64,000 bases of DNA from Amphiscolops sp. MND2022 (Eukaryota). Position numbers and translations under genes: made by a program. The notes under the pieces are model-generated. The model was not told where the DNA came from, ran no database searches, and saw only the letters and a program-made list of their open reading frames with translations. The first letter of the stretch is position 1. Each line of letters opens with the position of its first letter. Positions 25,005 through 38,639 of the stretch are shown piece after piece. Where the stretch lies: assembly GCA_964187785.1 (NCBI GenBank), contig OZ076412.1:82398001-82462000 (forward strand), given 5' to 3'.

Positions 25005-25291
25005 TGTGCCTCACCGAGAGCCCTAATCGTTTCATGGCCCGCCAGACCGCTATATCAGCCAAAAAAGTAATAGAAAAAAATTTTTATTTCCGGAAAACTT
25101 GTGTTTTACAATTGAAACACACAAGATGTGCAAAAACATAAAATACATATAAAAGTATTTACAAAATGCGGGGGGGGGGGGAACGTTCATCCAAGATACA
25201 TGTATGATTTTTTAAAATGTTGAGGTATAATTTGATTTCAATTATTTGAAACAATGACTCATCGATTTGAAATGATATTTCCTTCAGAACA
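25005..25291 (-). repeat. 3' LTR of BEL/Pao element
   Basis: Shares blocks with 31226-31503: CCCTAATC, AGCCAAAAAA, ATTTACAAAA.GCGGGGG, TTCATCCAAGATACATGTATGAT. Confidence 0.88.
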
Positions 25292-25399
25292 CAACAACGC
25301 CTGCCTTGATCAAACACGTAAGTGCAATGAAATAAGGCACATTAACAGAAATATAAGATTAGGGTACAAAATCATATGAAATCATCATTGAAATTGGCA

Positions 25400-28300
25400 T
25401 CGATTTTTTTCTTCAGTTTACGCACCAGTCGATTGTTGATTCTTGTAGCGGTTTTTGTTTTTTGCAACTCTCACAAACTTGTATGTGCCGGTATAGACAT
25501 GTTGAACTTTACCAAATGGCCACTGCAGTGGATGAACATTGTCGTCAATTACAAAAACAATATCACCAACTTTAAACTTAGAAGTTTATAGTCTCGATAT
25601 ATTTCTTTTTTGTAGGAAGAGTACATACTCTTGGACCCATTTTTCTAAAAATGAGGGCCATATTCTGGGTTTGTATCCATCTTTTTGTGGGTGAATGTGT
25701 ACTGTCAGGATTTTTCATATCATTAGTGGTCTGGCCAAGGGGTAAATTTTCCAACTTTTCATCAAAGCAGAATTGAGCAAGAGTTAAGAAAATTTCGTCA
25801 TTTTGATTTTCTGATAATGGGCAATTCAATTCGGCAAAGTAGAGTAAATAATGCTTCAAAGGAGAGAATTTTATTTCTCATAACTTTTCAGAGATGTATC
25901 TTTCCACATTTGAATGCCGATTCCCGTAGGCCACCAACGTGAGAAGCTCTTGGCGGGATGATGAATAACTCGATGTGCAAGCCTGCTGCTTCAGCCTGCA
26001 AAAATCACAGTGTTCATTTCTTAATATCTTTTGCATGTCTGCTATTTCTCTCTCCGAACCAACAAAGTTTTTCCCATTGTCACTATGAAGATTTTTAACA
26101 CAACCGCTACGATAGACGAATTTTCTAATGGCTGCAATACATGCTGCTGTACTAAGATGAGAAACTAGTTCCAGGTGAACTGCTTTTATGGCAAAGCAAA
26201 CAAAAAGGGCTTAGTAGGATTTTTCAGAAGCACTTGGAGATTTCCTACAAAAAAAATGACCAGCATTGTCTAGGCCTACGTCCTCAATGGCTTTCAAAGG
26301 AGGGTCCACTCTTGCTTTTGGAAGATATCCCATCAAGGGGAAAACTGGCTTTGAATTGAAACGATTACAATTGACACAATTCATTATCGTTTTTCGAACC
26401 ACAATTCTACAACTGGGAATCCAGGAACGAGTTCTAAGATGAGCAAATGTTTGACTAGTCCCACCATGGAGTGTCAGCTGGTGAGAATTCGATATAACTA
26501 GGCGTGCAAGGTGACTGTCTTGAGGAATTAATCTCTGAAACTTCCTTTCGTCGGGCAACTTTGCATGTACTGATCTTCCTCCAACTTAAAAAAACCATTA
26601 TCGAGAAAGAATTTACATCTTTGACTCTTAGGCCTTACTTGATCTGCAATTTCGAGAGCTTGGATTTCTTCCGAACATCGTTTCTTCTGTTCCTGGCTAA
26701 TTTAAAGTATGATTGACTCTGTTAACTCTGTAAGGAAGGTAACTTGGTAGAACAACCACGTTCTTCAGTTTGTCAATAAAACGTCTAGCGTAAGCAAAAA
26801 TTCGGAGTAGTTTGTATGAGGAGTTAAACTTCGACAAATCAATAACATCTTGTTATGTATCCCTGTGAGCCACCGAGGTATGAAGTTTGGTATTTCCTGT
26901 TGTTAGAACCAACTTTTTCAATTCTTCAGATGATTCAACAAAAGAGACCGATTTGGGTTTTTCTCCTGTTTCTAACCACTTGGGCCATTCCACAATAAAT
27001 CATTATAAGTTAATTGGTCAGGGTTGATTCTTCGAGATGCAGGCTCAGCAGGATTTTCCTCGCAACACACATGGTTCCAATTCAACTTGTTTTCACCTTG
27101 ATTTCCAATAAATCAGTTCGAAACAAAATTTGACCAGCGAGATGGTTCTTTTGACAACCAACAGATTTATTGTTGAATCAGTCCAAGCAAAGGTTTCTTC
27201 AATAACAACTGGGGTTTGAGCAATGGACCTTACAACAGACTGAAGCAATCTAGTACCTAGCAAAGCAGCACATAATTAAAATCTCGGGACCGATTGTGTT
27301 TTCACGGATGCTACCTTCAATTTATCAACAAGCAACAATGACTTTCGCCTGCTATGAGAATCAATGGCAACAATAAAAATGCAAGCGGCATAAAATGTTT
27401 CTGATGCATCACAGAAGAGGTGCATTTCAATTTTCTGAAGAATCCATCAAGCAATACAAATCGTTGTAATTCCAAGTCCTTTAAAAAGATCCATTTTCGA
27501 TCTCCACATCAAATAATGGTCGACCAACTCGGAAGGAAGTTCTTTATGCCATGAAATACTCGCTTCCCAAGTCGTTCGCATTCCCTGTTTCAAGAAAGGG
27601 GTGTCTGGTGATAACCAACCCAAAGGGTCAAAAGTCTTTGAAATGTCACTGAGCATTTGTCTTTTGGTCAAAACCGTCCCTTCAAAGTTATCCCCTTCGA
27701 TATGAGAAACCTTGGAAACAAAGCAATCTTCGATGTGTGTGTTCCTAAACATTACCGAGCGTTTTTATGATATGGTCTTATTCCAAGAATTCCATATTAT
27801 CTTTTGTTTCGCAGTACTCCGGTGGAAGATCAAGAATAATGTTTGATTCATTCGAAGTCCACTAGCAGAGATCGAATCTTCCTTGTTTAAGAGTTTCTAC
27901 TTTGTTTTCAGAGTATTTGAGATTCATCAATTGAACTAGTTCCAGTGAGAATGTCATCAACATAAAACTCTCAGTATAGCTCCTTGCCCCTCAGTGGGTA
28001 CTTCCAAAAGATTGGAACATCCTTGCAATGACCGGATTGAATGATACAAAGAAGCTACGCCATATGTAACTCGGGGCATGCGTAAAATTTCAACTGGACA
28101 ATCAGCTGTAAATCTCCAAAGAATCCGATGAAAGTCTCACCCGGCTTTATCCAGCTCAACTTGCCGATACATCTTCGCTGCATCAGCTGACAAAGCAACC
28201 TTGAAGAAAGGGAATCGTACGAGAATATTGAACAAATCATCTTGAGTTTGGGGTCAACTAGCCAAAAATCACTAAACGAAATGCCGGTTGTCGTTTTAGC

Positions 28301-30530
28301 ACTAGCGTCGAATACAACACGCAACTTGGTGGTTGTACTATCTTCTTTTAGCCCGTAATGACGAGGCAAGTAGAAGTTCGGAGAATTATTAATCTCCCCG
28401 AGTTGGACCTTCTCCAAGTGTCCAAAGTCAATCCATTCTTGACTGAAAGATGAATACTTTCGAACAAGGTGAGCAATATGGCGCAAACAGTTTTCAAGGC
28501 GGATGAAATACTTCATTGCGTTCGCTTTCGAAAGATCTAAATTGTGGGGTCCATATTTGAACGCCATCTGTACTACAAAACGACCGTTTTCATTGCGTCT
28601 TGTAGTGCTATCATCGAAAGGCGTTTGCCAGAGTCACAATTTGGAGTTGTAGTCATGTGGGACACAACGTTGTTACTGTCATACGAATACACAGGACCAG
28701 ACCCAACCCAACTGAAGATGGAATCGTCAATGCAAAAGCAGTTATCTTTTGTTTTATTATCAAGCAAAATGTATTCTATAATTCCTGCACCTAGCAAGAG
28801 ATCAACCTTATTAGGAAGTGAGTGTTGAATGTGGGATCAGCTAAGTTGAAATTTTTCACACGGTGCACGGTCGAAACGTCGATTTCTTTACCGGGAATAG
28901 TGTTTGAGATTTTGGTATGAGATGAAGATTAACTTCGATAGTGTCATTCAACTTCTCTGGCAATAGGCCTCGACTCTTTTGAAGATGGGAGAACCCATGG
29001 TAGAAACATTTATTTAGCTGTGCTGAGTTGGCAGCATGAGCGCCTTTGCAACATCTTTTGTTATGAAACTGGTTTGTGAACCGGAATCTAAGACAGCCCG
29101 CAGATTGATTGCGTGTCCCGATGAATTTCAAATTGTTACAAAAGATATGTAGACAGAAGAACAGTGTTTATTTCATTGTCAGCACTAAAGTGCCCCGTGG
29201 TGAATTGCTTTATAGATTCCATTTTGTTAGAAGTTGAATTCATACTTGAAAAAGTCTTTGTACTGGTGTGATTATCAGGGAGCTGTTTCTGAGGTCGATG
29301 AAGCAAGGTGTGATGTTCCAGCTTGCACTCGCGGCGTGAATTTAGATGGGCACGCATTCGACGAGTGTCCTGGTTGGAAGCAGTTGAAACAGAATTTTTT
29401 GTCTTTTAGGAGCTTATGTCTATCAGCGAGACACATTCCTTTGAATTGTGAACAAGCTTAAAGGCGATGATCTTCCTGGCAAGATTCACACAATGAGCCT
29501 CGAACAACATATTTCTGTACCCTTTTGGTCGGAGTTTGGTTCCCTTGGTTGCAGGGAGGTGTCACACTTCGTTGCCGTGTGACCTTTGTGCTACCGGATT
29601 CGAGTGCATAGCTTCTTGTGTCAAAGAATTTTGACAAAAATTCCCATGAACAAAACGCCAGTGCCAGGATTATCCAGCTGCCACTGCTTCCGGCACTCTG
29701 GATTCATCTTGTCGGTCAGAACAAAGACTGAGATAGCATTCCAATGCTCTACTGGTTGACCAAGTTCAACAAGTGCTGGTAGATGCGCATTAGTAAGCTC
29801 CAAAAGTTTTCTCAATCCAAGAGCAAATTCGGTCTTCAAAACTGGCTGCGACCAAATTGCTTGCAATTGAGCTTGAATGATGCTCCTTTTAATTTCATAT
29901 CGATCTTTTAACAACGTCAATGCAATATTGTAGTGTGCGTCAGGTCTCGAATTTGAACTAATTAATCTCGCTGCTTCACCTATTACACAGGCTTTCAAAT
30001 AGTTCAGCTTTTCTGAATTGGAGAGATAGGAAGCAGAATCGACAGAGGCCTTGAATAGGTGAAAAAAATCATCCAGTCAGTGTATGATCCAGTGAATGTT
30101 GGTAGCTGAAATTTCGGGAGCTTCATTTCACTCGTTGTCGCGGATTTTGATGAAGAAGGGTCTGTTGAAAACTCACGCGGAGGTCAAACTCGCTCTTTTT
30201 CATAATTCTCAATCAAAGCAGACGACCTAGCAATGATAACACTAGCAGAAACATGGAACTGCGTTTGCTGTTCCGGTTCATTGGCTATGTCATCTTCATC
30301 TTCTATCAATAATTCAATTTTCGCATCGGGTTTATTATTAACTGAAACTCTATCTTGTAATGTCTTTAGCAAAGCTTCACCTTGAAATAGTTCAGTTGGA
30401 GAGTCAATAGCAGTGAACGTAAATGCATCAACTTTTTGTTCCAATCTAGTGAAAGCACTTCTGATGCGAGTACGTATTCTAGCTTCAGTTTCTGGGTGTG
30501 TGGAAGCACTTCATTCAGTTACGGACATTT
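25400..30530 (-). pseudogene. gag-pol: BEL/Pao gag-pol relic
   Basis: LPTFTGSYTDW..EKLNYLKACVIGEAA (DUF1759-like gag); FYLP.H..LKEDSTTTKLRVVFDASAK (RT); TKRQMLSDISKTFDPLGWLSP (A17 region); LTLHGG..CVNC; LHSDNGKNFVG (integrase); WPFGKV (DUF5641-like tail). Confidence 0.93.
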
Positions 30531-31225
30531 TTCTAAATGACTATACAACACTAGCGCCAACGATAAACAAAGAAAGTTAATATTCCTCAAAGTCAAATGG
30601 GATAGGCCACCGATGAGCTGGTCTTCCAGTGACCACACCGATCTCAACTCACAAGAGAAGATAAAAACTTCTGACGTTAAGTTTTCAAACTTTCAAACTT
30701 TGCTCTATAAGCTTCTTTAATCTCCTTTTCCTTTGAGAAGGTTGAAACTCAAGGAATGAATGGCTGTGATATAGTTTTGAAGGGTTTTTTGGTCATCAAA
30801 TTCCTAGTTTTGTAATGCACTGATTTTTTTTATCATGATTGACGTTATCTATGTTTTGCTAGGAGTAAGCTGAAGGTCGATCAGAAACTTCGTGAAAAAT
30901 TAACTTTATCTGTATCGAAATTTTAGGGTAGTATTTTAGGTAGTATTGAAGCACAAACTTTCAAGGGGATCCACAGTTTTTTGCCGTCAAAAAATGAAAA
31001 GCCTTTAAGTTGTAAAATGGAAGGGGCTAACCGGAGAATGACGATCAATCCTGGATGAAGCTGAGACTAGGAGGTTGAAGGGTTCGCAGGTTAGTTACTT
31101 GGTAATTAGTTACTTGACTATCGAGTGTTACTTTTGTCAGGACAATTTTTGGTACAAGTTCCAAAAAGTAGTTTCTTTTCGAAGGTTCAAAGTTCGTATG
31201 TCCGGATCTATCGCGGACGAAAATA

Positions 31226-31503
31226 TGTCTCACTGTTAGCCCTAATCTTTTAATGGCGGACCAGGCCGCTCGATCAGCCAAAAAATCAATCGAAAAGGAG
31301 AAACTATTATTACCGGAACGTTTGAGTTTAGCAATTAAAACACACAGGATGCAGGAAAACAAAAAACACTTATGTGAAAGTATTTACAAAAAGCGGGGGA
31401 AAATATTCATCCAAGATACATGTATGATCTTTTACAATTTGGAACTATATTTTGAACTCATTTGATTGGCTCATCGATTTCAAATGAAATTCCATTCAGA
31501 ACA
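31226..31503 (-). repeat. 5' LTR of BEL/Pao element
   Basis: See 25005-25291. A decayed TGGTCC-like site lies 5 nt downstream on the minus strand. Confidence 0.88.
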
Positions 31504-32374
31504 TATGTTAATAAATCTCAATGGATGAATCATGGGTGGAAATCCATTGCCTGTTTGAAATTCTCACTTAGAAGTATATTGGTTAAAAGTAGTTTGGGAC
31601 TATTTGTAGATCTCAAATGCAAGGTTTTTCACTCAGGCTTCGTTCTTTTCCCATTTTGTTTTGAATTATTGCTCCACTGGTCAGAAAAAAGTTTTGTGGA
31701 CTATTTTAAAATTTATTCACCCAAACTCATAATATCAACCTTTACCCATCGCATTTTACATTTTATTTGGAGATGCATTACAATCGTTAAACCACTTTTT
31801 CTCCTAATACACCAGAAATGTTTTCAAATTATAGTAAATTTGTTCTCGAAATTCCCCATCAGCGTGGATGTAAAGTAGTAGCAAATTATTCCGCAGTAGC
31901 TTGAAACTGACGAATTTTCTTCATTTAACAATAATTGTGACAAACTATAAAAACACAAGTAAAAACTACGAAAACTGGTGCCAAGCGTCAGAATGGCATG
32001 CAATCTTTATTCTAAAACATTATACACAATGGTACAAAATCTAAAAAAAATTTGCAGACCAACACTTTGTAAGCGGGGTAACTTTTTGAATATGTTTTTG
32101 ATAAACAAGCTCAGAAGAAAAAATCTCTCAAATTTTGATCAGAGCTTCAAAGGTATTTCTGATTTAAAGTCTGGTCAAAAACTGAAGTTATATCACAAAG
32201 ATTAAACAAAAAGTCAAAGGTTCAATTTTTTTGAAGGATTTTGAAGGATTAATAAAGTGTCATGAAAGGTTGCCATCTGACGCCAGAAAATATGCCGCTC
32301 GAGAGTGAAAATGTTAGATAATTGACAATTTCTACACCGCTCACAAATTTCCTACCAAAAGCATTCAATTGGCG

Positions 32375-32875
32375 GCATGCGATTCGAATTGGACCATGTC
32401 ATCTATCAACCCCCCCCCCCCCCCCCCCCCCAAGTACACCTTGTTGGGAATCCCCCCTTCACCCAACACGAAAGCACATTTTGTTCTTGAATAAAAAATA
32501 TTTCACTAATAAGAGAATTTTATATGAATGTAAATACTTTGAGGATTGTCACTACAACTGTTTGGACACTTCAGGCAAAAAAATCACCATAATTTTTCAA
32601 TATAATTGTCCAGAATAGCAAAAATTCACGCTTGGAACAAGCTAAAATCGTATAAAAAAGGCCCCTATTTAGCGCAAATTTTGTCCGCTATAAAAAATAA
32701 TGAGCAACTTTTAACTGACAGTCAATGTAATGGATAGGATTATGTCGACATCAATTATTTTATTGGACCAAAATTTCAACGCAAACGATGTAGACATAAT
32801 GGTATTTGAACCTCCCCCCCCCCGCCGCAGTTTGGGGGGGGGGAATAGATGACATGGTCCTTCGAATTTGCTGCG
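32375..32875. mobile_element. MITE-like element with inverted repeats adjoining poly-C/poly-G tracts
   Basis: TTCGAATTGGACCATGTCATCTATCAACCCCC at the left vs GGGGGAATAGATGACATGGTCCTTCGAA at the right. Confidence 0.6.
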
Positions 32876-32975
32876 TGTGTATAAATTAAACTCTGAGCAA
32901 AATTTATTTACAGATTTTTGTCCCACATTTCAGGGGGATTTGAGAGAACAACTTTGTGTATATTATATTATGCTT

Positions 32976-33211
32976 TCAGAGACGTGGAATATAAGCTGCG
33001 CATAGATCATTGCACATGTAGCCACAATACTCGTACACAAAAAACTGCTCATTTCTCTCTGTGTAATCCTTTCCATGGGTTCCCGTGTCTTTAAATGGTC
33101 GCATGTAACACACTTCTTCCTTGAGTAGACCGCTATCCGCTTTCATCCACTTGTTTGCAATTGAACACGCTTCCAAATTGAAGGGACATACAGGGTTCGC
33201 CCTATCGTCCA
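32976..33211 (-). CDS. Terminal exon of putative secreted Cys-rich protein (module B)
   Basis: Acceptor TTTTTTCAG at 33212-33220, phase 1. Open frame DDRANPVCPFNLEAC...VC...YCGYMCNDLCAAYIPRL*; paralogous to the exon at 35662-35838. Confidence 0.65.
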
Positions 33212-35661
33212 CTGAAAAAAGTTCACAAAATGATTATCATAATAGTTTGCAGCTTTTGCATTGTTCAGATTAGATTTTCAGCAATGTTCGACTTGTTTTC
33301 AGCAAGTGGTCAGGACATTTATCTGCTGAAAATTTTATCCAAGTAAGCTTTAGCTAAGCCTCACAGAAGAAATGTGTTCAATTGTGAACCTTTGAGGATT
33401 TCGGAGCATTCGGTGTTTATTTGTAACGTCAGCACTTTACGCCGAAACTCTTGATCGTCAATTATCAGTTACACAAAGAAATATTTTCCGATAATCGGTT
33501 TTATCCCATAAAAAATTTCCGGATCCAAATTCTCGAGGTTTCGAATTCTATACATGGAACCATCCGAAGTTAATATGCTCGGAAGATTCCCATGCGTAAA
33601 AGGCTAACTCTTTATAGAATGTAACGAATACCTGCCATCGCCTAAAGTTAAAAGACGTGTGAACGCAACCAGAAAACGAGTCTTCGCAAAAATATGTGTG
33701 CCAGCATCCGGCAAATGGACTTTTTTGCTTGTTATTACTAAAATGCCCAAACAACCCAAAAAGCCGATTGAGAAGAAGTTGCTCCAGTAGTGACGGGAGT
33801 GTGCCAAAGCTTGCGGGCTGTTACGACTTTCACCAACAAACTCGTTATATCATGGTGTCGATGTTATTTAGAATTGTATGCTCGAGAGTGGCTCTGTTTC
33901 AAAATTAGCTATTCCCGGTTTTTTTAAAAAAAAATTTATCGGTGTTCCTGCATCCCCCCGGTTTTAGAGGCTATTTAGGCGATGGTCCTGAGAACGTAGC
34001 TAAGCTAGATTCTCGTTATTCATAACAGTTATACACCAGATTAATGTTCGAGAGAATCCCTGAAGACGGTGCCCCCTTCTCGGGATCGACATCTTTAGGA
34101 GGGAAAATGGGGGTGTACGTCGAAGCGGTCAGTCCCGGACAGCATACATTTCTGTGCTCGTTCCTCCAACTCGGTTAACGTGTTAAGCAACCTTATCACT
34201 GCTTGCCGTTACAAAACGGAAAATTTCGGGCGCCTGCTGGGAAAAACTTTGTAGAATTACAATGCAGCTTCCACTAATTCAATTGAAACAAAAATGTTTC
34301 TTTTCAACTCAACGTTTATAATCACTATTCGCATTCACGATGCAGCTGCCGCTACGTCGAAACATACAAAGTGACCGAAAATGGTTTTCTCTAAATTCAC
34401 GGTGAAATTGATAAGGTCCCAGTTGCATAAGAAACGATTGCGTATAAAAATATACAAAACTCCACGGCTCCGATTTCTCGCCGAATGAAGGATACATGGT
34501 TTTAACAGCATAATGAAATATTTAAATGAGACAGTAAACTTTTAATTCTTGAAAGTACTGTAAGAAAACCAAGCTATTTTGCGTGGCAGTCAAATGCTTT
34601 ATCTATGAATGGAAACGCAGGAAAAACTGCATGTTGTTTTAATAGAATCGATGGAGCTGCGTATCCCTGGTTGAAAACAAGTTTTTGCAAGTTGTCAAGG
34701 AATTTTATCATGGCTTCATAAAACTCTCACTTTAAACTTTCAAGCATTAAAATTTCACTGTTTCATATAAATTTCATCATGCTGTCAAAACGATGCATCC
34801 TTCATTCGGCGACAAATCAGAGCCACTGAGTTTTGTATATTTTTATATTCAATAGTTTTCATGCAACTGGAACCTTAGTTTTCAAACTACAACCTAGTTT
34901 TCGTAAAAACACAATTTTTTTCGTACACTATTTTGACCAGAAAATTAGAAACTCAGAACGTAGCCGAATATTGCACGTGTCTTAACGCATTGTTAACTTT
35001 CCGTAAATGAATTTTCAGTGTTCAAAAGTGCGCCTTGTAACGTTACCATTGAAAAACGAAGCTGAAGAAAAACAAGAGCAATGTTCTGATAGTGCCGAAA
35101 ACATCAAAGACAATAGATTTTCCACTTTCAAGTTGTCTGATGGAAATATACTACATTATTTGCGCTACGTTCTGAGTATCCTAATTTTTTGGTCAAAATA
35201 GTAGTGTACGAAAAAAACAATATTGTGTTTTTATGGAACACTCAGACCAACCCATCAGCGACTATTCGGTTTCCCATCACATTAAAACCGGTTGCCATTC
35301 CATTAAATTTACCATGAGCATTTTGTGGTCTTATTTCAGAGAAAAGTTACAAGGCTGGATTAGTCTGATCCGACGCCATATTTACTGCTCAACAAGCGTA
35401 TTAAATTTTAAAAGGCCAAGAGCCACTTTTTTGTATAGAGTGCTCATAGTGCCAAAAACCCTACAAAGGGACAATTCGGCACCATAAAACCATAACCAAA
35501 TTGATAGACTCAAATTGTTTCGATATAAAAGCTCTAACGAAACGAACCCTTGAACAAAATGAACGGGAAAATGAAAAATTGTCTCTGTAATAGATGCATG
35601 TATACATACGGTACTAATGATGTTATCTATCAAGTTTGAATGGGAACTTGATTGTACTAAC

Positions 35662-35838
35662 AACATTTGTTTGGGCAAAAAATGTCGCAATCACGGGCGA
35701 AATTCGGGGATATGTTGCCTTCACAGAGGGCGTTGTCCTGAATATCGTGAATTTGTTTGATGTTGTAAACTCCGTGTAGTTCCATGGTTTTTCGACATTC
35801 CTCTTTGTTGAAGGAGCATGTTCCCTCACAAGCTCCCC
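35662..35838 (-). CDS. Internal phase 1-1 exon of putative secreted Cys-rich protein (module A)
   Basis: Acceptor CTAAT...AAACAG, donor T|GTTAGT at 35661. Encodes GACEGTCSFNKEEC...LC...DCDIFCPNKC. Splices in frame to 33211. Confidence 0.65.
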
Positions 35839-37338
35839 CTGTTTGAATCCACCAAATCATTAGAATAAAAAAAACATGTAAATTCCTATTGATACGTTGT
35901 ATAAAAACATTTAAACAAGACATGTGTTGGTTAATGAAAAATACTTTTTGATAAAGTAGGAGTAATAACAATAAAAATTATTGAAAGAGGGCGAAGCATA
36001 ATAACAATACCTTACAGTTTGCTCTCACGGATTTGAATTGAAACGGAATTCTTTCCAACCGAGTTTTTCATAATGTTTGGTGTCTCTGTCTTCAAGGAAC
36101 AGTTCATAAAAATATTCCTTAAATTTTACCTTTACCGTCTTATAGTTATATTTGGATGTTGAGTCCGGGTGCTTAGCGTGGTATGAGTTCCAAAGTTTGC
36201 ACACACGCTTTTTTAGACAGTTTTCGAGAATGGAAGTTCGACGTCTGACTTGACAATCCAATTTACGAGAATCTATTGAGTTTATAGATCTTCTGATGGG
36301 AAAAGAGTCATCAAGGTGTGTCATATCTGAGGAACATTTTTCACTATTTACGTCTATACAGAAGCGTTCTAAAATATCGCAACCTCATTGCTTAAAATGG
36401 CAAATTTCAAAACAAAATATCTCGTAAACTGTCACGAATACAAAAATTTGCCAGCTACAAAAGTTTCTTCGAATTTCATCTAGTTTACAAAAATTTTTGT
36501 TTGAAATTTCTGCAACCCATACCGAAAGAGTTGGAAAATGCAAATTTCAGAAAATTTTAATTGAAGTTTGGTTTTTTTCTAAAATTGAGTAGCTCAGAAT
36601 TAAAATTTTTGGATTTTTTCATACGGAGACCTTTAATCTCCCAAACCTAGTAATTGTTCTGATCGAGAACTTGTTTCGAATTAGAAAAAAATGTACAATA
36701 TTTTGTGTCTATAAGCACTGAAGCATTCTAAGGAGATGATTGACTGAAAATTTTTCAAAAATATTTTTTCAACTTTTTGAAAATCAAGAAAAACTGCAAA
36801 TTTGATTAAATTTTTGTCAAAATTTCCAATTTATAACATGTCATTTTTGTCGCAGAAATTTCAAGCAAACATTTTTGTAAACTAGATGAAATTCTAGGAA
36901 ACTTTTGTATTCGTGACACTTTTAAAGATATTTGGATTTGAAAATCGCAATTTTAAGCAATGGGGTTGCGATAAAAAGATAAAGTGATGAAATTTGACGA
37001 AAATTTATCACTGCAGTCAGTGTGTAGCGATGAATTAAGTTTGCTTCAAGAAAGATTTGATGCCAACTTGGCTTATATAACGCAAAGTTCAAGAGTTCTA
37101 TCAAATGAATGGTCTTCTAATGATTTTATTGGAACAGGAATACCATTGTCACATCGTGTTGCAAACAAATACCTGAAACATAAAATTTGGGATAATATTC
37201 TGCTTCTCGGTCAGAGTGAAACAGTTTTCGTTCAATTTCAAAATGATGAAAACCAATAAAGGAATTAGAATTGACATTTAAAAATTCTGAAACTACACTG
37301 GTACGCAGGGTAAAGTTGATGTAATTTTTTATTGGTCA

Positions 37339-37876
37339 TTTTTAGTCGGCGCTTTTCTTTAGAAAAGAGTCGACTATAGTCACGGCTTTTCGACAGTGTT
37401 TTTTAAAGACCACCTGAACTGACCAAAATAGTTCTACAAAAGTTCTACAAAATATTATTGCACCAAATTGCACCATTTGGCCTAGCGAATTGAACCAAAA
37501 AGGTTTTTCCTGTTTTCCCGCGTAACATACCATACCGGGCGAGACCAAAGGGTCCCCCCTTTCATTTTTTTGGCATTGTGAGACTTTTTTCCGGAAAAAA
37601 ATTTTCTCCGAAGAGCCACCCTTCAATTTTTTGATGTTTTGCGACAAAATGGATGTTGAAAACCCCTAAAGGGTCCACCCTTTCAGTTTTTATCGGCATT
37701 GTGAGACTTTTTTTCCATAATTTTTTTTTCATAAAAGGGTCCCCAACTCACCAATACTTGGCAAGTCGGCGCCATATCTAAGGCTCAAAAATAGCAAAAG
37801 GACTTCAATATGTCAAAGTATTGGTGAGTTGGGGACCCTTTTATGAAAAAAAATTGTCGGCTGGTCCCGGCTTGTT
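37339..37876 (+). mobile_element. HINE-A copy with an internal inversion-duplication near the 3' end
   Basis: 5' TTTTTAGTCGGCGC; 3' GGCTGGTCCCGGCTTGTT. The segment 37760-37855 is inverted relative to other copies. Confidence 0.8.
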
Positions 37877-38639
37877 GACTCTGTAAAGATCTGTACATTC
37901 AGGAATTTCGATAGAACTGCAGAGATCTGTTAATATCTCTACAGATCTGTTATTCGTCATTTTGATATAAATTAGATTTCTCGCCAGTTCTAAACATTTT
38001 TATTACTCCTTTCACAAGTCTTTGGGGGTTTTTATTGTGTTTCTTATTGGGCCATTTTTTCTTCGAATATGCGATATCTGCAAAGTTCTACAAAAATTCT
38101 TCAAATCTGCACAGATTCGCAAATGTCGAAAACCTGAGAATTGAGGTGCCGAAGAAACTTTCTAATAAACAGAATTGGTGGTTACTGATAGTAATGCTTG
38201 TTACAAAGCCAGAGAAGTTAAGCTTCTTGAATACGCAAAGGACACTATTTTCAAACTTTTACCAATTTGTCAGGGCTACAAAATAACCTAAGGGATACTC
38301 ATAAGATTCGGAAACCACTTTCCCACAACTGAAAACACAAAATCCATTGTTGAAAACTATTTTTGTCATTTTTTTGGGAAAGTCTCAGTGCAGAAAAACG
38401 TTTCAGCTCGCAAAATTGCTTTTTTTCAAGCTGAAATCATTTACTCATCAGTTCCACAGAATCAAAAAGCAAGGAAGATGTAACCCTCAAGACTTGGTAA
38501 CAGGTTTCCTTTACAGAAGTGCTCAAAAAAAAACAAAATTTGTGAAATATCTTTTCAATTTTTTCTACTTCGGTAAGTCACATAGTGCCGAAAAAACAAA
38601 AAATGGTTATCTATGCTCGCAAAACTCTGTTGTTTCTGC

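Larger units (their letters stand above)
25005..31503 (-). mobile_element. BEL/Pao LTR retrotransposon, full length, decayed
   Basis: LTRs at 25005-25291 and 31226-31503 (TGT...TTCAGAACA). TSD TATGT at 25000-25004 and 31504-31508. Confidence 0.92.

Noticed and set aside
31560-31950. Possible MULE transposase C-terminal remnant on the minus strand
   Set aside because: Too many stops, only a vague W..P.MWN resemblance, and no TIRs.
32410-32431. Long poly-C tract as a functional G-quadruplex
   Set aside because: Homopolymer within a MITE arm; length unreliable and nothing else supports function.
36984-37259. Plus-strand ORFs as host exons (also 56017-56322, 46684-46875)
   Set aside because: No consistent splice-phase chain or recognisable domain linking them.
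37342-37647. ORFs inside HINE-A copies (also 43849-44271, 52768-52996, 58178-58438, 62928-63344)
   Set aside because: They lie wholly in a non-coding high-copy repeat, frames are not conserved between copies, and the F/K-rich composition reflects homopolymers.
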